Below, in pieces: positions 1-8,447 of a DNA stretch of 64,000 bases. Below the pieces are notes generated by a model. That model saw nothing but the letters and a program-made list of their open reading frames with translations, was not told the DNA's origin and ran no database searches. A program made the translations under genes and the position numbers. Position 1 is the stretch's first letter; each line of letters opens with the position of its first letter. Origin of the DNA: an uncultured virus (IMG/VR IMGVR_UViG_3300011223_000002) (lineage: Duplodnaviria > Heunggongvirae > Uroviricota > Caudoviricetes). The stretch covers positions 124,001 through 188,000 of the IMG/VR virus record IMGVR_UViG_3300011223_000002; one strand, 5' to 3'.

Positions 1-2
1 CT

Positions 3-635
3 ATCGCCAGCTGCTTCAAGAAGAACGGCTGGTACCTGGTCCTCAACCAGATCGAAGCTAACAAAGATAACCGCGATGCCATGTTCAACCGTGTGCGTCA
101 GCTGGAGCTGAAAGGCCACGAGATTATCTTCTACGGCTACGACTACCTGGCCCTGATGAACATCGACAAGATTTCGGGTGAGAACAAATCTGACAAACTG
201 CAGATTCTCTACCGTCAAGTGCGTTCGTTCTTGATCGCTCGTGGTATCTGCTTCGTGACACCTCACCAGCTCAGCCCTGAGGCCAAGAAGCTGCTGAAAG
301 AACTCGATGATGAGTCAGAGGTGTACTTCGCCCGTGAGGTCTCGGGCAAATCGATGACTGAGACGTCAACGAAGATCACCAACGAAGTGGACGGTGTGAT
401 TACCATCCATATCGCTAAGACCTCGATGAAGACCTACTTCACCTGCTGTATAGGCAAGCAGCGGGGTGAGGGGTGTGCGCCAGAGAAGCGCTTCTTCATC
501 TACGACCTGGATCCTGTCCGTGGATTGGTACATGATATCCACGGCAAGGCCATGTTCCGCAGGAACTTGCAACAACGATTCAATAACAACGGCGATGTAG
601 AAAACGATTTCGATTACATGGGCGCTGCAGCTTAG
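3..635 (+). CDS. DnaB-like replicative helicase, C-terminal part (phiKZ gp118-like); 5' end lies outside the window
   Basis: Frame is open from position 3. Contains the SF4-helicase-like motifs YGYDYLALM (Walker B-like), VTPHQLS, EVDGVITIH and GKQRG. Position matches phiKZ synteny. Confidence 0.8.
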   Translation: MASCFKKNGWYLVLNQIEANKDNRDAMFNRVRQLELKGHEIIFYGYDYLALMNIDKISGENKSDKLQILYRQVRSFLIARGICFVTPHQLSPEAKKLLKELDDESEVYFAREVSGKSMTETSTKITNEVDGVITIHIAKTSMKTYFTCCIGKQRGEGCAPEKRFFIYDLDPVRGLVHDIHGKAMFRRNLQQRFNNNGDVENDFDYMGAAA

Positions 636-658
636 CAAAAGAAAAAGCTAAACCCGGA

Positions 659-691
659 CTACCTACCCTGCCTTCGCGGCAGGGTAGGTAG
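659..691. terminator. Hairpin between convergent genes
   Basis: 14-bp perfect stem CTACCTACCCTGCC/GGCAGGGTAGGTAG with loop TTCGC. Confidence 0.7.
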
Positions 692-721
692 GTCTATTCC
701 TTCCTTTATATAACAAAAAAG

Positions 722-836
722 TATTTTAATACTGGAGGATTTATTATGTAATAATTTATCCACTCACTCGCTATCGCCCTGACACAGTCAGGGTGGTAGT
801 CATAGTCACGCGTGACTTTCCAGAAGCAGTAAAATA
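722..836 (+). other. Multi-stem palindromic intergenic element A (candidate ncRNA or origin element)
   Basis: Closing stems 722-728/830-836 and 732-738/817-823. Internal hairpins at 737-761 and 771-799 (the latter with G-U pairs on +). Perfect palindrome AGTCACGCGTGACT at 804-817. Confidence 0.4.
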
Positions 837-893
837 AAACTAGGACCTGGAACCCCCACCCCCGGATGTCCGGAGGTGAGGGCGATGGTTTGT

Positions 894-1463
894 TTAGTTG
901 TTGTGTTCAGCTGCCTGATGGTTGAAGACCATGTCGTTGTAAGCCTTTAATGCCTTCTTAGGTGATTGCAGGATGTGTTCATACTGAGCCAGGTAAGCTT
1001 CACGCTCCCATGGCAGTGTAAGGTGGTTACCGACGGTGACATCAATGAGATCACCGTCCCACTCAACCAACCCAAAACGAATGACGTTCATACGGCCGTC
1101 AGTCATCTGCTTGACATGGGTCAGTTCATGCACGAGGTTGCTGACGATGAAACGGTTGACTTCATTGGTCAGGGCTTGGCCGATATTCGTCGATAGCTTT
1201 CTAACATGGTCGCTACCTTTCTTCAAGTTCTCCGGATAAAGTAGCATGGAGATTTTGCCGTAGCTTTCCTGAGGGAGGACTTCCAGCGTTTGTGGGTCCA
1301 ACCGAAGTACGCATCCACCAACATCGGACGACACGGCATCGATCATGGGGAAGTCGCCTGCCTTGCACAAGTAGATGTCAACTTTGTGCTTGCTGGCAAG
1401 TGCTAGGCCTTCTTTACCAAACACTTTAACGAATTCTTTTTCAGTGCCTTTAACAATCTTCAT
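894..1463 (-). CDS. Putative zincin-like metallopeptidase-fold protein
   Basis: HExxH motif (LVHELTHVKQ) with a downstream PWEREAY third-ligand-like motif. Confidence 0.6.
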   Translation of the reverse strand: MKIVKGTEKEFVKVFGKEGLALASKHKVDIYLCKAGDFPMIDAVSSDVGGCVLRLDPQTLEVLPQESYGKISMLLYPENLKKGSDHVRKLSTNIGQALTNEVNRFIVSNLVHELTHVKQMTDGRMNVIRFGLVEWDGDLIDVTVGNHLTLPWEREAYLAQYEHILQSPKKALKAYNDMVFNHQAAEHNN

Positions 1464-1499
1464 AACAACGACCTTTTAGTAAGTTTAGGAGAGGGTTAT

Positions 1500-1838
1500 T
1501 TACCGGCTGCGTTTCAGCGCGTCTGTAACCAACTGGTTGGTCCAGTTAGAGTCTTCGCTGATAAGTTTAAGCAGCGAAGGACTGGCCTTTACCAGGGGTG
1601 ACATTTCCATTTCGAAACGCCCACCCTTGAGGATCCGCAAGATACCCAATTGGAATCCAAATTCAATACTGGCGAATTCAATGAAATCACCTTCGGTACA
1701 GTAGCTAATAGCCATTTGCAACATGCGGGGCATGGCGGTGTCGAAGTAGCTGTAACGACGCACCTCAATAACTTCCTTTGACAAACCACGAGTCATGGTA
1801 GCGATAACACGACGAGGGGTTTTAGTTTGAACAGTCAT
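1500..1838 (-). CDS. Hypothetical early protein
   Basis: ORF with GGAG SD before MTVQTK; lies in an operon downstream of the early promoter motif. Confidence 0.65.
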   Translation of the reverse strand: MTVQTKTPRRVIATMTRGLSKEVIEVRRYSYFDTAMPRMLQMAISYCTEGDFIEFASIEFGFQLGILRILKGGRFEMEMSPLVKASPSLLKLISEDSNWTNQLVTDALKRSR

Positions 1839-1890
1839 AAGGATCTCCAAAAGTAGAACGTGTAACAGGGGTTAATAAGGAATTGGTAGC

Positions 1891-2076
1891 TTAGTAGTCA
1901 ACGCTGGCGTAAATAGCGTCGATACGCGCTTCCAATGCTGTTTGCTGGGCGTAGAGCCACTGTTGCAGTTTGATGACCACTGGCGAGCAGCCAGGACCTT
2001 CCAGGGACCACAGACGGGTCAGGCGCTTCTCTACAGTAGCGAGTTTAGCTTGCAGGGCTTTCAATTCATTATTCAT
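1891..2076 (-). CDS. Small coiled-coil early protein
   Basis: 61 aa, GGAG SD, helical hairpin-like; first gene after the promoter at 2116-2131. Confidence 0.6.
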   Translation of the reverse strand: MNNELKALQAKLATVEKRLTRLWSLEGPGCSPVVIKLQQWLYAQQTALEARIDAIYASVDY

Positions 2077-2115
2077 GAGTAAGACTCCGGAAAGATTAAT
2101 AACTTATCTACCCGA

Positions 2116-2131
2116 GTGATATAGGTCTGAA
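2116..2131 (-). promoter_or_regulatory. Early (virion RNAP-type) promoter motif
   Basis: TTCAGACCTATATCAC on the minus strand; resembles the phiKZ early TATATTAC core and four other copies in the window. Confidence 0.7.
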
Positions 2132-2159
2132 TAAGAATGCAACTCAAATTGTTAAAATA

Positions 2160-2188
2160 CCTCTACTGCCCTCACGGGGCAGTAGAGG
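2160..2188 (-). terminator. Intrinsic terminator
   Basis: 12-bp stem CCTCTACTGCCC/GGGCAGTAGAGG followed by TATTTT on the minus strand. Confidence 0.7.
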
Positions 2189-2207
2189 AGTATAATAAAT
2201 AGTTCAC

Positions 2208-2609
2208 TTACACCGGTGGTTCTTCTTGCAACGACCTGCCTGTACGACGAATGTTGTCGAGCATCCGTGCGATTACCCTGACTTCCTGGCTGGGTTTCGG
2301 TAACGCTTCCAGGAGTATCTGATCGAACTTTTGCGCAAACGTTAATTCCTTGGCCAGGGCGATAATCCGCTCCGTGCATTCAGGGCCGCCGTAGTACCCG
2401 CCAAAGTTGAGATCAACCATACACCCGTCATTACCCTCCGCCCGGCACGCAGACCGACGCAGGACATGCAAATTATCTAGCTGCAATGAAAACGGCTCTT
2501 TGGACAGCGCGTGACTGATCGCTGTAGAAAGTACTACTTCAGGGTTTTCAATTTTACCCACATCACAACGAGAGAAATCAATAACAACCCTTTCCTTACT
2601 TTCATCCAT
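2208..2609 (-). CDS. Hypothetical protein
   Basis: 133-aa ORF followed by a terminator. Confidence 0.6.
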   Translation of the reverse strand: MDESKERVVIDFSRCDVGKIENPEVVLSTAISHALSKEPFSLQLDNLHVLRRSACRAEGNDGCMVDLNFGGYYGGPECTERIIALAKELTFAQKFDQILLEALPKPSQEVRVIARMLDNIRRTGRSLQEEPPV

Positions 2610-2621
2610 TGTTTATTTCCC

Positions 2622-2759
2622 TTCTCAGTGATCTAGGGTAACCCCTAAAGGTAGGAGGAGGGTGAGTGCATGCACTCACCGCTATCTATTATCAAAAATA
2701 CTCCCCTTACCCAACCAAACTCCTCGGCTAACAATATAAATAACGAGTCACTGACAGAA
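2622..2759. other. Multi-stem palindromic intergenic element B
   Basis: Closing stem TCAGTGA (2625-31)/TCACTGA (2748-54). Perfect 20-bp palindrome GGTGAGTGCATGCACTCACC at 2661-2680. Further pairs TAGGG/CCCTA and GAGGAG/CTCCTC. Confidence 0.4.
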
Positions 2760-2762
2760 TAC

Positions 2763-4106
2763 TTATTCGACAACGATCTCTTCGTTATTGAGGAAAATGT
2801 TTAGAGCAGAATGTTCTCGGAAGACCAGCTTGGGATGCTGGTTATCCTTCTGCAGATCACTACGGGCTGCTAACAACGTTCCCTCCTTGTATTTCAACCC
2901 CCCAGTACCGCTCATGTAATAAAACCGTACAGGCATGAAGGGTTCCAGCAGATTGTGGTCAGAGTTATGCCACGACAGGGTTTCCATGGTACCATCACGC
3001 GCAGCGTTCGCTGATAGGTGCACCGCCAGGTTGTTCGAAGCGTCTTCTGCAAACGGCGCCATCTCCTCCCCGCTTGCCCTGATTGAGGTACGGTACTCCG
3101 ACAAGGTATCTTCCCGAGTAATGGCAGCCTGTCCTTTCCCGTAGTAGTACCCCACTTCACCCATCAACGCATCCGAGCTGATAACCCGTTTACCGGTACC
3201 CTGGTTTTGCTTGAGGATATCGGTGCCGTCGATGTGCCTGGCTTTGCCCGTCGACATGATGGTAATCACACGCCCTTGAACGAAGTAACTCGCCTCCAGC
3301 GTGGGGATCACATCTTCAGGCACCCGGTAGATGTTTAACACCCGTCTACCGGTCTCGTAACGTCCCGCTTTAAATAAGGGGCCGACGTACCACATCCCCT
3401 TCTGGAAATAGGACCCCAATCCCTTGGTGTAGATACCGAAGCGATCATCCTCCTGGAGCCACTTCGCAAGGTCCTTGAGTGGAATGGCTGACGGGATGTT
3501 GATCGTTTGAAAGACCTTCGGGTTATCAATCGGTTGCTCGATGTTTACCCCCCTGAAGATATCAGCACCCGTCAAGTGTTGCAGACGCGCACGTGACTCG
3601 CGGGTCAGGTGGATGTGCAGAGCATCCCCCAGGGTAGTCATGAGGTGCTTGTCGGAGATCATCACCGTCTTCAAGATGGCATACCCCACCTCCATCAGCT
3701 GGAAGCGCACCTGTGTAAGGTTGGTTTCATCCAACCCTTGCAGGTTGCTGAGGTGTACGCTATTACCTGCCATCTCAGGGTTACCGTCATAAACCGGGTT
3801 GGCCCTGTAGCGGCGCATGGTCTGACTCAGTCCGATCCGTTCAGTTACCTCAATGTAGAGGTTATCCCGATAGGGCAACACCTGGTTGAACAAAACCCCT
3901 GGTTGCAACTCCCCCTTGATTCGGAAATCATCGGAAGAGTTAATCGAGTAAAGACTCAGCTTTGCCATTTCCGAAGGAAGGATCAGGGGGATCTGTGCCT
4001 GAGGCGTGATGATCATAGCAGACAGATTGATCTTCTTATCGTTCTGCGCCGCCCCAAGTGAATTGGCCAGCTGGATCATGTTTTGTAATGCGCGAGGTAC
4101 CTTCAT
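2763..4106 (-). CDS. Virion structural protein, probable baseplate hub (phiKZ gp101-like)
   Basis: 447 aa; GIYTKGLGSYFQ and WHNSDHNLLEPFMPV segments; synteny. Confidence 0.65.
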   Translation of the reverse strand: MKVPRALQNMIQLANSLGAAQNDKKINLSAMIITPQAQIPLILPSEMAKLSLYSINSSDDFRIKGELQPGVLFNQVLPYRDNLYIEVTERIGLSQTMRRYRANPVYDGNPEMAGNSVHLSNLQGLDETNLTQVRFQLMEVGYAILKTVMISDKHLMTTLGDALHIHLTRESRARLQHLTGADIFRGVNIEQPIDNPKVFQTINIPSAIPLKDLAKWLQEDDRFGIYTKGLGSYFQKGMWYVGPLFKAGRYETGRRVLNIYRVPEDVIPTLEASYFVQGRVITIMSTGKARHIDGTDILKQNQGTGKRVISSDALMGEVGYYYGKGQAAITREDTLSEYRTSIRASGEEMAPFAEDASNNLAVHLSANAARDGTMETLSWHNSDHNLLEPFMPVRFYYMSGTGGLKYKEGTLLAARSDLQKDNQHPKLVFREHSALNIFLNNEEIVVE

Positions 4107-4846
4107 GATCTGCTACCCTTGAATAGCCACTCGTTTGGGTCATCCAGGGTGACTTCTGGCGCTGCAATGCTGTCGGTCACCACAGGTGCTGAGAACATAC
4201 CGGGAGTACTCGGAACCCCACCGTTCAGGATCCCGCTTCCGTAGCTAGGCGCTTCCAGATCATCAAGATGACTCACAAAGCTCAGGCTCTCCATATCTGG
4301 TGATGAAATGCTCGGAATACCAAACAGACTCGCCAGTGTGAGGAGGCCGTACCGTTCGCCTTTCTTGATGTCTTGATCCAGGAGCCGGTACTTCTCTTGG
4401 TCCAGATAAGGACGGATTTTCTTGTACCGTGGGAAGAGCTGTCGGGCCAGCATCTCCAGCGTACGGAGTTCGTCGGTACTTGGCGTAACAAACTCCGGTG
4501 CTGAATTACGAATCTCACACCACAGTGCAATGTTCTCCTGAATGGTCTCGTAGATCTCCACAATAGCGTTATTACTGTCAGCCCAACCGAGCGAACTGAC
4601 ATCGTGGACATTGGGCAAGATTTCCAGGATACTGGGGATGGTCAGATGACGTACCTGATAGTCCTCGTAATACCCCTCATCGTTTGCAAAGTCCTCCTGC
4701 CTGTAGTACTCACGATCACGGATCTCGTCGATCGACATCATCATAGCCGGTGTGAGGTGAATACCGTACAAGCGGTTATTGAGGATGTTGTACAAGACAA
4801 TCAGACGAGCCCGTATTTCGTTAAAGCGTGTGCGCGTAATGCTCAA
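4103..4846 (-). CDS. Conserved protein (phiKZ gp100-like)
   Basis: 247 aa; TTG start overlaps the upstream TGA (TTGA); synteny. Confidence 0.6.
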   Translation of the reverse strand: MSITRTRFNEIRARLIVLYNILNNRLYGIHLTPAMMMSIDEIRDREYYRQEDFANDEGYYEDYQVRHLTIPSILEILPNVHDVSSLGWADSNNAIVEIYETIQENIALWCEIRNSAPEFVTPSTDELRTLEMLARQLFPRYKKIRPYLDQEKYRLLDQDIKKGERYGLLTLASLFGIPSISSPDMESLSFVSHLDDLEAPSYGSGILNGGVPSTPGMFSAPVVTDSIAAPEVTLDDPNEWLFKGSRS

Positions 4847-6147
4847 AGGTAGCCTCCCAGGCGCCTCGCTTGCTTCAAGAGCAGTAGCAGAACAGCGCCG
4901 TGATAAAGTTGTTCAAGCCGGGTCAGTGAGAAATAGGTTTCGCAATAGTTCAATAACCGCGGGTGGTCAATCATGTGGGTGGTCAAAGCCAGGTGGACCA
5001 TGTTTTCGAATTCACCGTCGGGCTTCCCTTGGTAGAACCCTTCAGAGAACATGTAAGCGATGACAGGCTCCTCACCCGGCTCGACCTTTTGCGGAATCGG
5101 ATAACCACCCAATACCCCCCAACGGTTGTAGGAGATATGGTCCTGCGGGTCTGTCGAAACAAAGTAACGGAACTTACTGGACGACAGGTTACCGTAAAAA
5201 CGACTCCCCATGATGCGGTTGACATCAATCAGGGTTGCCTTGCCTTTACACTGAGGGAGGAGATTCAAATCCCCTTTCAGCAAGACTTCCCAGATATTGA
5301 TCGTCCCGTAACGCCCTCGTTCAAGCCCGCCATGTTGGATGGAGAATTCTTGGATCGGTGGGTATGACCCGCGCATGTCTGGGGTGATGAACGCATTGAG
5401 GAAGTTCGTCAAGTACGGATCGTGAATCATTCCTGACACTTCTGCTCGTTCAAAGCCAATGCTGTTCTCAGTCGACCAGAAGAAGTGACGTAGGATGTTG
5501 GTGGCAATAGTGCTGTTCCACTGGAACAGTTTGTTGGCAACATCCTCTTCACCGTGGGTAATGACTTCAGCACCGCCATGCAACGCCGAATCTTTACTGT
5601 AGACCAAACGGTCAACCACTCGACCTTCCAGCGCCGTCTCAGTGGCCCTGTCGAGAATCCCACGGAGAATAAAGGTGATGTAATACGCCTTACTTGCCGT
5701 GAAGTTCCGGATCTCCGGTTGGTTCGTAATGGCAAACAACCCCGCGCGTCCTTGGCCGATGTCTGTGATCAAGACGTCGTGCATGATAGGCGGTTGCGAG
5801 AAGGCCATGTACCCAGAATAGGTTTTCGACGATTCAGCAGACTCTGGGTCAAACGCAAACGAGCCATCCCCTTCCTGCTTGACGATCATCTTGTCATAAC
5901 GAACGTACGACTGATAAGTTGCCAGCGCACCGGGTTGGAAAGCACGGGCCTCATCCGTCCCTCTGAGGTGTTGGCGGTAGTAACGGAACTGACGCGGTGT
6001 ACCCGGCGCCTGAGTGAGCAGGAACTGCTCAGGGGTAAACATGGAATCCACAACGGTGCTGCGATAATCATCGCTGTAGATTTTGGGGGCTTCTGGCTCA
6101 GGTGGTTTTTCCTGGCCCAGCGGGGTGATGTTTAAGCTCATGGCCAA
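4843..6147 (-). CDS. Virion structural/neck protein (phiKZ gp99-like)
   Basis: 434 aa; PPIMHDVLITDIGQGRAGLFAIT segment; synteny. Confidence 0.65.
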   Translation of the reverse strand: MAMSLNITPLGQEKPPEPEAPKIYSDDYRSTVVDSMFTPEQFLLTQAPGTPRQFRYYRQHLRGTDEARAFQPGALATYQSYVRYDKMIVKQEGDGSFAFDPESAESSKTYSGYMAFSQPPIMHDVLITDIGQGRAGLFAITNQPEIRNFTASKAYYITFILRGILDRATETALEGRVVDRLVYSKDSALHGGAEVITHGEEDVANKLFQWNSTIATNILRHFFWSTENSIGFERAEVSGMIHDPYLTNFLNAFITPDMRGSYPPIQEFSIQHGGLERGRYGTINIWEVLLKGDLNLLPQCKGKATLIDVNRIMGSRFYGNLSSSKFRYFVSTDPQDHISYNRWGVLGGYPIPQKVEPGEEPVIAYMFSEGFYQGKPDGEFENMVHLALTTHMIDHPRLLNYCETYFSLTRLEQLYHGAVLLLLLKQARRLGGYL

Positions 6148-7649
6148 CTGTCCTGTTTGTTGTGCGTGATCAATTCAATCCCGCATTCGTAAAGGTTAAG
6201 ACGACGATTCCAACCGCCCCACCCTTTATCGATGTGCTGACGGATGTAATCGATGTGGTGTATCCAAGGCCGTGGGCAGCGCGCCCAGTCGAACCACGGG
6301 AAGAGTCTGGTCAGTTGTTTCCATACGTCAGGATTCCTGGCAACGTCGTCCCAGAACGCCTCGCTGTAGTCACGAATGGCGTAATCGATGGAGATCACGA
6401 TCCGGTAAATATCACGCAAGTCGGGCCGGCCGCGCATTGTAATCAAACCAGCCTCGTCCATGGCCAGATCTTCGGCTGGGATAACCCGACCCTCTCTGAA
6501 CACTTGAATCAAGAAAGGGGTCTCATTATGGCTAAACGCAACCGCTCTGCGTCTCAGCATGTACTCCTTGACAACCGGTGACCAATTGAATTGGGTCAAA
6601 TCGGTAAAGATATTGCACAAGACCTGCTCTTCCTTATCCTCCAGTGCAAAGCGAGCGTGGATGATCGGCATGATCCAGAACTGATTAGGCGGGGACCAGA
6701 TATCATGCGCAGGGAGTTTCAGGTAATACGGGACTTGCGGGGCTGTCATGTACTGACTGAAGGTCTGCATCGCAGCGATTTCAGGCGCAGCCATCCAGTT
6801 ACCACGGTTAACATGTTGCGATTGCGGCGCGGTGATAAATTGAGCCGGGATCTCATCCTGCCAGACAGTCAGTGGGTATTCCATTTCCCAGCCAATGAAG
6901 TCGTTGAGGAAGAAGTCATAATTGAATTCCACTTCGAAACGACCATAAGCGCTACCACGAGTTGTTTTGGCGATGAAAGGTTCACTAAGGCGTATCGCAA
7001 CGTCTTGGAATTTAATCGGGACAACCAGTTGACTGTTGTTACCCGCCTCGTCTGTCACCACCCGATAGGGGCGCTTCCACTGCCGTCCAAACCACTCGCT
7101 GGGCTCAGGAAGTTCCGGTTCCCATTTCTTCTTCATGTCGTAAAGCAACGAGAAGAAATCCACCAAGCTGCTGTTTACCACCATGTGGGTGATCGGAGAA
7201 AAGGTGAAATTAACCGCCATGTTTTCATTGCTTCGGTTAATCTGATTCCTCAGGTTCTCTGCGTCGATCTGCGAATTGAACATGCAGACCACCTTGACCT
7301 TGATCGATTTGTTCTCGAATGAGGGGCGCAAGGTTAACGGGAGGACCCCACCATCGTCTAACACAGGCGCTTCAGTGGCTTCCCGGCGGTTGTTCCAGAA
7401 CTCGCTACGGTCTATCTCGGTGGCAATAAAGATCTTGTTACGGAAAATACCGTCGGTGTAACGGTCCGCCGTTTTACCATCGCCTGCATAGGTCCCAACC
7501 AACTTAGCGATATTGTCAGCACCATTGAAGTAGACGTTCGTGGAGGTCTCGAGTCGGTAAAAACGCAAGACAGCGCGAATGGAGTCCATAATGGCAGGGC
7601 GAAGAAAAGCGTTGTAGTTCTCAGGGGTGTTGATAAACGTCTTGAGCAT
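6138..7649 (-). CDS. Virion structural/neck protein (phiKZ gp98-like)
   Basis: Start placed at MLKTFIN with a GAGG SD; synteny. Confidence 0.65.
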   Translation of the reverse strand: MLKTFINTPENYNAFLRPAIMDSIRAVLRFYRLETSTNVYFNGADNIAKLVGTYAGDGKTADRYTDGIFRNKIFIATEIDRSEFWNNRREATEAPVLDDGGVLPLTLRPSFENKSIKVKVVCMFNSQIDAENLRNQINRSNENMAVNFTFSPITHMVVNSSLVDFFSLLYDMKKKWEPELPEPSEWFGRQWKRPYRVVTDEAGNNSQLVVPIKFQDVAIRLSEPFIAKTTRGSAYGRFEVEFNYDFFLNDFIGWEMEYPLTVWQDEIPAQFITAPQSQHVNRGNWMAAPEIAAMQTFSQYMTAPQVPYYLKLPAHDIWSPPNQFWIMPIIHARFALEDKEEQVLCNIFTDLTQFNWSPVVKEYMLRRRAVAFSHNETPFLIQVFREGRVIPAEDLAMDEAGLITMRGRPDLRDIYRIVISIDYAIRDYSEAFWDDVARNPDVWKQLTRLFPWFDWARCPRPWIHHIDYIRQHIDKGWGGWNRRLNLYECGIELITHNKQDSWP

Positions 7650-7675
7650 GGTAGCCAACCTCAGCATAACCAAAA

Positions 7676-7710
7676 GTGAGAAGGGATGACCCCTTCTCAC
7701 TGGGGTCATC
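7676..7710 (-). terminator. Terminator hairpin (7676-7700, followed by TTTT) with an overlapping alternative hairpin (7685-7710)
   Basis: GTGAGAAGGG/CCCTTCTCAC versus GATGACCCC/GGGGTCATC; the two stems are mutually exclusive. Confidence 0.6.
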
Positions 7711-7712
7711 GA

Positions 7713-8447
7713 TTATTCAGATACAACCGAGGGTTGCTTGGGTGGATTTGTGTCATAACGAATGAACAACCCGGGTCCATCGACAGGTTTGATCACTGCG
7801 ATCTTTGAAATCCCATCAGAGATCAGGTCGATCAATTGGGCTTGGCCTAATGATTGCGGCTTCAGGGATTTAATGCCGCACTCCTTTAGGTAGTCATAAA
7901 CCCGTCGCACGAAGTTCAGCGTTAGCGCATCACGACCCGGTGTGAGAACGTTCTCCTCGCCAGTAAACACTTTCGAGGACAGTGCTACCGCCAGGCGCAT
8001 GTTTTCAATGACGCTGGTCGCAACACCCGCTACGGTACGGACCCGTTCTTCATTGAGCACGTCAATACTGACTTTGCCATACCAGCCCAAGGCAACGTCA
8101 GAAATCACCAACGAAACAACCACCTTGTTCTTGTCCAAGGATTCCGAGAAGCGCACGGGTTGTCGCACCAGGTCGTAGTCAATCCCCGGTAGGAGGTAGA
8201 GGCCGTACTTGTCGCTGAAGCGCTGGATAACCTCGTTAATGGATTCACCCTCCTTGGCACGAACAGAAGGTTGGACCTTAGCGAAGCGAAGACCGATATC
8301 GGCTTTCATCACACGCGAGCGCTTGGTGTAGCCGTCCATTTGGAAAACTACCACTGTGACTTGCGGGGAGGGCGAGAATGCTTCCAACAAGGTGTGGTTG
8401 TTCGCTTGCGCTTCGAACAGTTCTTTTAAGCGAGGGTGAATGTTCAT
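7713..8447 (-). CDS. Putative virion structural protein
   Basis: 244 aa in the structural block; KYGLYL...LGWYGKVSIDV pattern as recalled from jumbo-phage structural domains. Confidence 0.5.
   Translation of the reverse strand: MNIHPRLKELFEAQANNHTLLEAFSPSPQVTVVVFQMDGYTKRSRVMKADIGLRFAKVQPSVRAKEGESINEVIQRFSDKYGLYLLPGIDYDLVRQPVRFSESLDKNKVVVSLVISDVALGWYGKVSIDVLNEERVRTVAGVATSVIENMRLAVALSSKVFTGEENVLTPGRDALTLNFVRRVYDYLKECGIKSLKPQSLGQAQLIDLISDGISKIAVIKPVDGPGLFIRYDTNPPKQPSVVSE

Noticed and set aside
722..836. tRNA (cloverleaf-like fold)
   Set aside because: No T-loop GTTCRA, D-loop or acceptor geometry; kept only as an unexplained structured element.
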